Source: Minisyncoccota bacterium
Lineage (GTDB): Bacteria; Patescibacteriota; Minisyncoccia; Phycocordibacterales; UBA9973
Reading direction: 5' to 3'
Assembly (NCBI GenBank): GCA_018061035.1
Contig: JAGOUX010000002.1
Coordinates: forward strand, 24,722 to 88,721
Length of the DNA: 64,000 nt
The notes under the pieces are model-generated. The model did not search any database and had not been told where the DNA came from. It worked only from the letters and a program-made list of their open reading frames with translations. Positions 8,963 to 17,196 of the stretch are shown piece after piece. Both the position numbers and the translations under genes were made by a program. Position 1 is the first letter of the stretch; each line of letters opens with the position of its first letter.

Positions 8963-10153
8963 ATGAAAGTCGTCACCGATCCCGTAATAATAGATGAGGT
9001 GTTGAGCCGCGGAGTACACGAAGTATTTACCAAAGAAGAACTCCGTAAAAAGCTATTGAGTGGACAACAACTTCATTTTAAGCTTGGTACGGATGTTACC
9101 GGGTCTTTTTTACACTTGGGTCACTCTGTAATTCATAGAAAGCTTCGAGACTTCCAAGAACTTGGGCACAAAGTTACTTTAATAATTGGAGACTTTACCA
9201 CACTAGTAGGAGACCACTCTGATAAGGTGGACATGAGAAAAGAAACCTCAGAAGAAGAAATTAAACAAAATGAGGAAAAATATAAAGATCAATTTTTTAA
9301 GACAGTGATAGAAGAACAAACCGAAATAAGACACAACTCAGAATGGCTTAAGAATTTAAATTTTAATGATGTTGTAAATCTTGCTAAACAGTTTTCACTT
9401 GCACAAATGCTTGATCGCCAGTCTTTCATGCTGAGATACAAAGCGGGTAATGAAATTGGACTGGATGAATTTATGTATCCTCTCATGCAAGGATATGACT
9501 CAGTTGCACTTAAGTGCGACGTAGAGCTTGGTGGCACAGACCAAACTTTTAACCTTCTTGCTGGTAGGCACATAATGCCATCTTTCGGACTAGAGGCACA
9601 GTGCGCGATAGCAATGAAGTTATTGCTTGGGTCTGATGGACGACCAATGGGTAAGAGCCTGAAGAATTTTATTCCCATAGCTGCTGAACCAAGTGATATG
9701 TATGGTGCAATTATGTCTATTGTAGACGATGTAATTTTTGATTACTTCGAACTAGTAACACGTATTCCGATGGCAGAAATCGCTGAGATGAAGAAGCAGA
9801 TTGAGAGCGGAGAAAACCCAATGCTATTCAAGAAAAAGTTGGCCCGAGAAGTAGTGTCCTTCTATCACAGCCCTGAAGATGCAATATCAGCAGAAGAAAG
9901 TTTTTCTAGTACATTCCAGAAAGGGGAGATACCAGAAGATATGGAGGAAGTAGAAAGCCTGGGTACTCTTATGGAAACCCTAGTAAAGAATAAAGTAGTG
10001 GCATCTAATAGTGAATTTAGGAGGCTGGTAGAAGAGAATGCGATTACCAATCTCGAGACTAACGAAAAAGTCACTGATGCTACATATAAGATAGAATCAG
10101 ATTTTAGATTCAAGATAGGTAAAAAGAGATTCGTGAAGATAATAAAAAAATAA
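8963..10153 (+). CDS. tyrS: tyrosine--tRNA ligase
   Basis: HIGH-type motif LHLGH in a context closely matching E. coli TyrRS ([20 protein letters not shown]), plus a KMGKS-like motif. Start set at ATG 8963 to avoid overlap with the divergent PBP gene. Confidence 0.85.
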   Translation: MKVVTDPVIIDEVLSRGVHEVFTKEELRKKLLSGQQLHFKLGTDVTGSFLHLGHSVIHRKLRDFQELGHKVTLIIGDFTTLVGDHSDKVDMRKETSEEEIKQNEEKYKDQFFKTVIEEQTEIRHNSEWLKNLNFNDVVNLAKQFSLAQMLDRQSFMLRYKAGNEIGLDEFMYPLMQGYDSVALKCDVELGGTDQTFNLLAGRHIMPSFGLEAQCAIAMKLLLGSDGRPMGKSLKNFIPIAAEPSDMYGAIMSIVDDVIFDYFELVTRIPMAEIAEMKKQIESGENPMLFKKKLAREVVSFYHSPEDAISAEESFSSTFQKGEIPEDMEEVESLGTLMETLVKNKVVASNSEFRRLVEENAITNLETNEKVTDATYKIESDFRFKIGKKRFVKIIKK

Positions 10154-10177
10154 CCCCAAACGGGGTTATTTTTTTAT
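10151..10177. terminator. rho-independent terminator (bidirectional) after tyrS
   Basis: Stem TAACCCC/GGGGTTA with AAAC loop followed by a T-tract, preceded by an A-tract. Confidence 0.5.
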
Positions 10178-10192
10178 CGGGTACTATTGATA

Positions 10193-10312
10193 TTATTTGT
10201 CCTTGTCGAAATTATCGTCTTCGTTGTCGTCAAAGGCAAAATCGAGATCAGCATCTACTGCTGCATCATCGTCAATTTTAAACTCATCTTCTGTTGTCTC
10301 TTCTTCTTCCAT
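10193..10312 (-). CDS. possible tiny acidic protein (MEEEETTEDEFKIDDDAAVDADLDFAFDDNEDDNFDKDK)
   Basis: 39-codon ORF convergent with tyrS and sharing its terminator. Composition-driven, so it may be spurious. Confidence 0.2.
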   Translation of the reverse strand: MEEEETTEDEFKIDDDAAVDADLDFAFDDNEDDNFDKDK

Positions 10313-10442
10313 GATTTTTTATTATTTTTTTAAAGCGACCTATTTTAAACTAAAATTATTTTTAATTTACTCTTTTGTACCAAAATGAAGTTACATTGGC
10401 AATAGGAAGATATTGATATATGTGGATAACCCGAAAGATTAA

Positions 10443-10922
10443 CTAATTTCTCATATGTGCAAATGCTGTAAGGGCGATCGCAATGGCATCTAGCTCGTCA
10501 TCTGAGTGTTTATTTTTGTCTATATCTACAAGCATTTTAACCATTTTCATTACTTGTTCTTTGTCTGAAGCTCCGTGTCCAGTCGTTGCCACCTTAATTT
10601 GGGGAGGAGTAGCTTCAAATATTTTTAAACTAGCACAAGCAGCTTCGTAGACAACTACACCACGTGCTTCAGCTACGTGCATTACAGTTTTTTGATTGTT
10701 GGTGGCGAAAAGAGTCTCGATAGATAGTGCTTCTGGTTTATATTCTTTAATTATTTCTCTTACCCGTGATCCGATCAATGCCAAGCGCTCGTGGAATTCC
10801 AATTTTGCGGAAGTTTTAAAGCATTCCGAGAAAAGCACCCGCTCTTTCTTGTCGCCTAGATTCTTTTCGAGTACCGCGACACCGAGCCGTTCAAAACCAG
10901 GGTCAATTCCTAAAATTCGCAT
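10443..10922 (-). CDS. ruvC: crossover junction endodeoxyribonuclease RuvC
   Basis: MRILGIDPG...acidic catalytic residues typical of RuvC; start set at ATG 10920-10922. Confidence 0.85.
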   Translation of the reverse strand: MRILGIDPGFERLGVAVLEKNLGDKKERVLFSECFKTSAKLEFHERLALIGSRVREIIKEYKPEALSIETLFATNNQKTVMHVAEARGVVVYEAACASLKIFEATPPQIKVATTGHGASDKEQVMKMVKMLVDIDKNKHSDDELDAIAIALTAFAHMRN

Positions 10923-10936
10923 ATCCAATTTTAGCA

Positions 10937-11473
10937 CTATTCCGCATTTGTATAAACATCTTGTACGTCGTCATTCTCTTCTAGTTCTTCCACGAGTTTG
11001 TCCAATAGCGCTAGTTCTTCATCTGACGGGGATACACTTGAAGTTGCCGTCCAGATTAATCCTTCCGGTGTTATTTCTTTTTTAAAAGCCCAAGCCGCCG
11101 AGCCGATAGCTCCAAGTGAAGTTCCATTTTCAGATAATATAAACTTTATTTCTTGAGCCGTTCTATTCCTGCTATCTGTGAGTGTATCAATGATTATTCC
11201 TACACCTCCTGGGCCATATGCTTCGTAGGTGATAGCGCTCATCTCTGCACCACCTTCACTAGCTTTTTTGATGGCCCGTTCGATATTATCAGAAGGCATA
11301 TTCACTTTGCGTGCCTTTTCTATCGCAGATCGTAGACCGGGAGATTCCTTTCCACCAGAGAGACGGGCTTCTGTGGCGATATAGCGCACTCTCTTCGAGA
11401 AGATCTTACTCTTCTTCGCATCAGTAATAGCCTTCTTGTGTTTGATTTGCGCCCATTTATTATGTCCTGCCAT
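10937..11473 (-). CDS. yebC: YebC/PmpR family DNA-binding regulator (short form)
   Basis: N-terminus MAGHNKWAQIKHKKA is the YebC signature; 178 aa is shorter than the usual roughly 240. Confidence 0.75.
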   Translation of the reverse strand: MAGHNKWAQIKHKKAITDAKKSKIFSKRVRYIATEARLSGGKESPGLRSAIEKARKVNMPSDNIERAIKKASEGGAEMSAITYEAYGPGGVGIIIDTLTDSRNRTAQEIKFILSENGTSLGAIGSAAWAFKKEITPEGLIWTATSSVSPSDEELALLDKLVEELEENDDVQDVYTNAE

Positions 11474-11476
11474 ATA

Positions 11477-12520
11477 TTACAAAAGTTTTTCTTGGAGATT
11501 TGTGGGTACATCAAAACCCAAATGCTCATATGCTTTCGCTGTAGCTACACGGCCACGAGCAGTGCGCTCGAGTAGACCGAGCTGGATTAGGTATGGCTCA
11601 ATAACTTCTTCAATAGTAGCTTCTTCTTCACTCATAGCTGCTCCAATGGTTTTCAAGCCCACCGGTCCGCCGTTAAATTTTTCTATAAGAACCTCTAAAA
11701 ACTTCCTGTCGGAAGAATTCAAACCGATCTCGTCGATCGCGAGCATATTGAGCGCTTCTTTTGCTGTCTTGTGGTCTAGATTCTTTTTACTTACCTGAGC
11801 AAAGTCGCGCACTCGTTTCAAAAAGTAGTTTGCTGTACGTGGTGTAAAGCGGCTACGCTTTGAGATTTCTTGCAATGCTTCTTCTTCAAGCTCAGTCTCG
11901 AGGAGCTTGCTACTACGGCGCACGATTTCAGCAATTTCTTCATTGGAATAAAATTCTAATCGAAATACTCCACCCGAGAATCTCGAGCGAAGGGGAGATG
12001 ATACAAGTGCTACACGAGTGGTTGCAGCGATAAGTGTAAAAGGTGGTAGGTCGAGTTGAATAGTTCGTGCAGAGGGACCTTTGCCGATGATGATGTCCAA
12101 TACGCCAGACTCCATAGCAGGATAGAGGATTTCCTCCACCATTTTGTTTAGTCTGTGGATTTCGTCTATGAAAAGGATATCTCCTGGAGCTAGGTTGGTT
12201 AGGATGGATGCTAGGTCGCCGACTTTTTCAATAGCTGGGCCAGAAGTGATCTTCATTTGACGTCCGGTTTCCTTGGCTATCAAGTGGGCTAGGGTAGTTT
12301 TCCCCAGGCCAGGAGGACCATAAAAGAGGATATGTTCGGGTATTTGGCCACGCTCCAAAGCAGCCCGTAAAAGGATTTTAACGTTGTCTTTTATGTGTTT
12401 TTGGCCGATATAGTCGTCCCATCTCGATGGACGGAGCGTAGCATCTAAATAGGTATCCCCAGAATTGGCCTTTTTATCCACATTGTCATTATTAAGTTCT
12501 TTATCGTTTTCGCTTGACAT
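11477..12520 (-). CDS. ruvB: Holliday junction branch migration ATPase RuvB
   Basis: Walker A GPPGLGKTTLA, RuvB sensor and winged-helix C-terminal regions. Confidence 0.9.
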   Translation of the reverse strand: MSSENDKELNNDNVDKKANSGDTYLDATLRPSRWDDYIGQKHIKDNVKILLRAALERGQIPEHILFYGPPGLGKTTLAHLIAKETGRQMKITSGPAIEKVGDLASILTNLAPGDILFIDEIHRLNKMVEEILYPAMESGVLDIIIGKGPSARTIQLDLPPFTLIAATTRVALVSSPLRSRFSGGVFRLEFYSNEEIAEIVRRSSKLLETELEEEALQEISKRSRFTPRTANYFLKRVRDFAQVSKKNLDHKTAKEALNMLAIDEIGLNSSDRKFLEVLIEKFNGGPVGLKTIGAAMSEEEATIEEVIEPYLIQLGLLERTARGRVATAKAYEHLGFDVPTNLQEKLL

Positions 12521-12972
12521 TACATTAAGAATATGCTATATTACCAAAGTAAGGGATTTATACACACTGTATACACAGGGCTATGCACAGTATAGCATTT
12601 CTTGTTTTTACAAAGTAGTATAATTTCTTGCAGAGTTCATTAAAGAAGAAGGCATTAATCTCTAAGCAATCAGCCATCGGTTATACGATTTTGCGTAGGA
12701 CGTTCTGGTTCTATTTATAGACCACTGGAGCCATCCTATAATAATTTGTTACTCTCGGGGCCCAGCCCTGAAAGGATTGTTTAGAGATTAGTGCTTTTTT
12801 TATGAAAGCATTACGAAAAGTATGAAAACAAATAAAATACATTTCAATATTAACGCGTATTACCAGTCTTCACATAGAAGGCTGATCTTTGCGTTGTAAA
12901 ATTTTTTATAAATTTACAAACACAACATAAACGTCGGCTTTCTATGAAAAGGGAAGCCGGCGTTTTCCGTTT

Positions 12973-13185
12973 GTGGAAAATGTGCTCTTTAAGGGGTTTA
13001 AGATGGGATACCTACCGCACGACTCGATCGACTCCACCCAGCCATCTGTGATGGAATTGGCAAAGAAAGTCCTCAAGAATGCCGAAGCGTCCGTCGAAGA
13101 AGCGAGAAAGACGCTCAAGAATGCGAGAAAGCATCTTTCGCGAGCACGGCGCTCGGTCGCGAAGCTGTCTTTGTTGAAGAAGTAG
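12973..13185 (+). CDS. small basic coiled-coil protein encoded on a G+C-rich insert
   Basis: 70-aa ORF (possibly starting at the internal M); local sequence is markedly G+C-richer than flanks; a hairpin lies at 12931-12970. Confidence 0.3.
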   Translation: MENVLFKGFKMGYLPHDSIDSTQPSVMELAKKVLKNAEASVEEARKTLKNARKHLSRARRSVAKLSLLKK

Positions 13186-13494
13186 CTTTTAACGCAATAC
13201 AGGTTGAGAATCCTGATCAACTCTCAAAAACCAGCAATACAATAAAATGTTTGCTGGTTTTTTACTTAATTTATAAATATTAAAAATACTGTACATTATA
13301 AGTTTTCAACAGAAAAACCGCCTTTTGGGCGGCCATCTGTTAGTGTACTTTATTGAGTGAACCATTAGAGAACCCCAATAAAACACGCTATTTCTCTGGT
13401 TTTAAGGCCAAAGCTTGGTTAATACCAAGACCTTCATAGGGTACCCAAAGTATACGCCACCGACACCGGTGAGGCAATAGCTAAATGTGGATTG

Positions 13495-13582
13495 CGGAAC
13501 CGAGGAGATTCGAACTCCTGAGACCCTATGAAGATCTTCCAATTTTGGAGATTGGCGCGATAGACCTCTCTGCCACGGTTCC
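13495..13582 (-). tRNA. tRNA with Trp-type anticodon loop CUCCAAA (anticodon CCA), G73 discriminator, but a long stem-loop variable arm (about 19 nt)
   Basis: Hand fold: acceptor GGAACCG/CGGTTCC, T-arm AGGAG-TTCGAAT-CTCCT, anticodon stem CCAAT/ATTGG. D-arm is non-canonical in my fold and needs tRNAscan-SE/ARAGORN. Confidence 0.6.
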
Positions 13583-13844
13583 GTGCTACTACATTTTTTC
13601 CGATAGATAGAAAAACGATGTAACTGTCTCATTCTACTCTCGCCAGAGGAATACTCGCAAGTTAATATCTCTAAAATTTTGTATTAGAAATGTCATTTAA
13701 AAAGCGTCAATATACACACTAGAAAATCCTTTAAAATTAACACACTTTATCCATATGTCTAGTCATATTTTGAGGCACATTCATTTTGGTTTTTGGAGAA
13801 ATTAGTATTTTAGCTAAAATAACAAGGATTATATAGAAAATTCT

Positions 13845-14504
13845 CTATTTCCCGTGCACAGATCTGTGTAAATTTGAGAATAGACTAACGGTTTTGGCAA
13901 AATCTTTTTCAGCTACTATGAAGATGAGCTCGGTAGGGGTAGAGATCAATTCTTCTATGTTGATTCGTGCGCGAGCGGTGACGGAGAGGAGAGAAAAGAA
14001 CACATTTGGCATACCGAAGACCTCGGATCCGTATGATACGCCTACGGCAGCCAAGCCGCGGTTTATTATTTTTGGCTTTACTTTAAAATGCTTTAATACT
14101 TTGTGCTCAATACTCGATGAGCAGATAATATCCACCTCTTTGGTGCCAAGTGTCACAGTGAAGAAATCCTCCTGTGATATTTTTATATTCTTATGGAGCG
14201 TCTCGAGCTCTCTGTTGAATTTCTCAGTATTCTCATAGGCAATTTCAGAGAGGGGAAGCTTGGTGGTGATGTTCTTGATCACCACGTCATGAATGAGCGG
14301 TTTTTCTTTTTTAAATTCTTTACCAAGGCGGGAGAGGGAAACGACGAGGCTAGTGATAGTGACCTGCTTTTTTGTAAGTTTCTCTACTTGTGGACGTATT
14401 CGCTCTGCGTAGCTACTCATATTCATATAGCCATTCGTGAGAGCAAAGGTGGCCTCCACTTCGGAGAGCACAATATCCCGTACGATAGGGTGGATTTTGA
14501 TCAT
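13845..14504 (-). CDS. hypothetical protein, possibly ACT-domain like
   Basis: 219 aa; the C-terminal half has beta-alpha-beta-beta-alpha-beta-like hydrophobic periodicity reminiscent of ACT domains. No firm match. Confidence 0.3.
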   Translation of the reverse strand: MIKIHPIVRDIVLSEVEATFALTNGYMNMSSYAERIRPQVEKLTKKQVTITSLVVSLSRLGKEFKKEKPLIHDVVIKNITTKLPLSEIAYENTEKFNRELETLHKNIKISQEDFFTVTLGTKEVDIICSSSIEHKVLKHFKVKPKIINRGLAAVGVSYGSEVFGMPNVFFSLLSVTARARINIEELISTPTELIFIVAEKDFAKTVSLFSNLHRSVHGK

Positions 14505-14592
14505 TTCTAAAATCTAACAGATTTAACAAAAAGTTACAAATATAAGATAAATACTTAAAAAATTCACTTATTAATCTAGAGTTAGTATCCTT

Positions 14593-14811
14593 ATGTTGGG
14601 AGATCAAATGGTGTCATACCCCCGTGCTCAAGAGATTAGGCAGATGACCCCGCAAGGGCGCGCGTGTGAAGCACGCGACCTCCTGCGCAACGCCCTGTCT
14701 GCGGGCGCTGGAATTTCAAAGATTGACGATCCATTTGTCCTTATCATGTTGGAGCTCGCCATCGCTGACTACATGGCCGGCTCTATGTTCAAGAGGGCAA
14801 AGACGGAGTAG
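14593..14811 (+). CDS. small hypothetical protein on a G+C-rich insert
   Basis: 72-aa ORF in a short, markedly G+C-rich segment (14.60-14.82 kb) within AT-rich intergenic DNA. Confidence 0.25.
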   Translation: MLGDQMVSYPRAQEIRQMTPQGRACEARDLLRNALSAGAGISKIDDPFVLIMLELAIADYMAGSMFKRAKTE

Positions 14812-14908
14812 TTCTTTCATTTACTGGGCGGTGATTCCCATTGATTTGAATTCACCAAAAAACCGGCCACGATCCCACAAGGAGAAAACGTTGCCGGTTT
14901 TTTAATTT

Positions 14909-16615
14909 TTATTCAGCGTTTAGGTCTACTACGCTCTGCACTTCTTCGATAGAAGTAACACCACTTAAGATTTTGATTATGCCGTCCTGGCGCATAGAAA
15001 GTATTCCTTGAGCGCGGGCAACTTTCTTGATTTCTCTTTCGCTTGGATTTTCTAGCATTACCTTTTCTATAGTCTCATCGGTGCGGATAGCTTCGAATAT
15101 TCCGATACGTCCCTTGTATCCGGTCATGTTGCACTTCTCGCAACCCTTAGGTTTCCATATTTTAATTGCTGCATCCTTATCTATGTTGTACTTTTTCGGA
15201 TCTTTACCATCTGTAACAATACTTTCTAATGCAGTTTTGATCAAAGCTATTTCTTTTTCAGTTCCTACGCCTTCAGTTTTACAGGCTGCACATAGTTTTC
15301 TAACCAATCTCTGAGCGATAGAAAGAGTTAGTGCAGATACTAAGATTTTAGGATTTACTCCGAGGTCTATAAGACGGGGAATAACCCCAGCTGCATTGTT
15401 AGTGTGAAGAGTAGAATACACCATGTGTCCAGTAAGAGCTGCTTGCACAGATATTTCCGCAGTATCGCCGTCACGAATTTCACCCACCATGATTACATCA
15501 GGGTCTTGGCGAAGAGCAGAATGAAGACCTTCTGGAAATGTGTATCCCTTTTCAGTATTCACCTGGGTCTGAGTTATGCCTCCGAGATGATATTCTACTG
15601 GATCTTCAATAGTAATTATATTTATCTCAGTAGAATATATTTTACGCAAAAAGGCGTATAAAGTTGTAGTTTTTCCACTACCTGTCGGACCAGTAACCAA
15701 AATCATTCCATTTGGTTTTATGATCTCTTCTTCAACTATTTTAAATAAATAAGGCTCAATTCCTAGCTCTTCGATTTTTACTTGAATTGCCTTAGGATCA
15801 AGAATACGCATAACAATCGATTCACCATAAGCTCCAGGGATAAGAGATGATCGAATACTTATTTCTTCATCACCCTCCATGATATTAAAGCGACCATCTT
15901 GAGCTATTTTCGAGGTAAGCTTCATTCCAGAAAGGAGTTTGATTCGCGAATTGAGGAGCTGATAAAGATCAAGATTGAAAAATATCACATCCTGAAGCAC
16001 TCCGTCGAGACGCAAGCGCAAGCGACCTTGATCCTTTTCAGGTTCGATGTGAATATCAGAAGCCTTAATAGCAATAGCCCCCGCTAAAATAATTTCGAGA
16101 ATACGAGAGATTTTATGAACTTTGTTTTCTTCAATTGCAGCCTTGATAAGTCTCTCGATGTCCTGCATTTTATTAATATCTTTTGCAGTATCACGAAGTA
16201 CTTCACCAGAAATATCTAGGCCTCCGATTTGAGAACTTTCAGCCATAGATATTTCTTTGTATCTGTCCCAAACTTTTTGCAGGCTAGCATTCGAGACCAT
16301 GTAAAATGTAGCAACCAAGTTTTTACGTGCCATCTCTTCTTTGATGGTAGTTAGTAAGGTAGGGTCAGGCGTGCGTACTCCAATAAAAATACTTTTACCA
16401 AGTAGTTTAAATGCTGCGATTTTTCTCTCAACTGCTTCTTTGAGTGGTATTGCACGCAAGGCTTCGTTGTCTACACCGAGGCGATACAGATTTACATAGG
16501 GTAGATTGTATTTAGATTCAGCGAGTGTTTGGATTAGTTGTTCCTCCTCTTCAATTCGTAGGTCGTCTAGTTGTTTCTTTTGTTTTTCTTCATCAAATAT
16601 GGCCATGTTACTCAA
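14909..16615 (-). CDS. pilB: type IV pilus assembly / type II secretion ATPase PilB/GspE family
   Basis: Walker A GPTGSGKTT, Asp/His boxes and a C-terminal tetracysteine-like CEKC...C motif. Confidence 0.85.
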   Translation of the reverse strand: MSNMAIFDEEKQKKQLDDLRIEEEEQLIQTLAESKYNLPYVNLYRLGVDNEALRAIPLKEAVERKIAAFKLLGKSIFIGVRTPDPTLLTTIKEEMARKNLVATFYMVSNASLQKVWDRYKEISMAESSQIGGLDISGEVLRDTAKDINKMQDIERLIKAAIEENKVHKISRILEIILAGAIAIKASDIHIEPEKDQGRLRLRLDGVLQDVIFFNLDLYQLLNSRIKLLSGMKLTSKIAQDGRFNIMEGDEEISIRSSLIPGAYGESIVMRILDPKAIQVKIEELGIEPYLFKIVEEEIIKPNGMILVTGPTGSGKTTTLYAFLRKIYSTEINIITIEDPVEYHLGGITQTQVNTEKGYTFPEGLHSALRQDPDVIMVGEIRDGDTAEISVQAALTGHMVYSTLHTNNAAGVIPRLIDLGVNPKILVSALTLSIAQRLVRKLCAACKTEGVGTEKEIALIKTALESIVTDGKDPKKYNIDKDAAIKIWKPKGCEKCNMTGYKGRIGIFEAIRTDETIEKVMLENPSEREIKKVARAQGILSMRQDGIIKILSGVTSIEEVQSVVDLNAE

Positions 16616-16663
16616 AGTATAACGTATTTACTTCGAAATGTGAAAATATGATAGTATCTCACT

Positions 16664-17170
16664 ATGGAAATCAAGAGAACAATCATATCCAAGAGCCTCA
16701 AAGAAAGTGCCAAATTCGCAGAAGCATTTGTTGGTAATCTTATAATCTCAAAGAATAAATTAAAATCTGCTACAGTTGTCGGTCTCTCTGGGGATTTGGG
16801 AACTGGAAAAACTGCCTTTACTAAAGCAGCAGCCAAACACTTAGGTATAAAATCAAAAGTAAATTCTCCAACTTTTGTTATTATGAAAAGATACCCCATC
16901 AGAGCTGGGAACACGCTGCGAGCTCTCGCGATATCTGACGGGGCAAGTCCCATCAAGCATCATCAGTTTAAGTTTCTATACCACTTAGATGCTTATCGAC
17001 TCAAAAATGCCAAGGAATTGCTCCATTTGGGATGGAGGGAGATGGTTAAAAATCCAGAAAATATTATCTTTATTGAATGGCCAGAGAATGTCAAAACAGT
17101 AATGCCTAAAAAATATCACAAAATACGAATCTCTCATACTAAAGAAGGATATCGAAACTTTAAAATATAA
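16664..17170 (+). CDS. tsaE: tRNA threonylcarbamoyladenosine biosynthesis protein TsaE
   Basis: P-loop GLSGDLGTGKT followed by the conserved SPTF motif (SPTFVIMKRY) typical of YjeE/TsaE. Confidence 0.75.
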   Translation: MEIKRTIISKSLKESAKFAEAFVGNLIISKNKLKSATVVGLSGDLGTGKTAFTKAAAKHLGIKSKVNSPTFVIMKRYPIRAGNTLRALAISDGASPIKHHQFKFLYHLDAYRLKNAKELLHLGWREMVKNPENIIFIEWPENVKTVMPKKYHKIRISHTKEGYRNFKI

Positions 17171-17196
17171 TATTCTGAAATGCTATAATTCTAGTA

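Noticed and set aside
10421-10429. Reverse-complement DnaA box TGTGGATAA downstream of ruvC
   Set aside because: Isolated single box far from the origin; expected by chance in 64 kb.
13402-13632. 76-aa ORF on the minus strand
   Set aside because: Completely overlaps the tRNA gene at 13495-13582; artefact.
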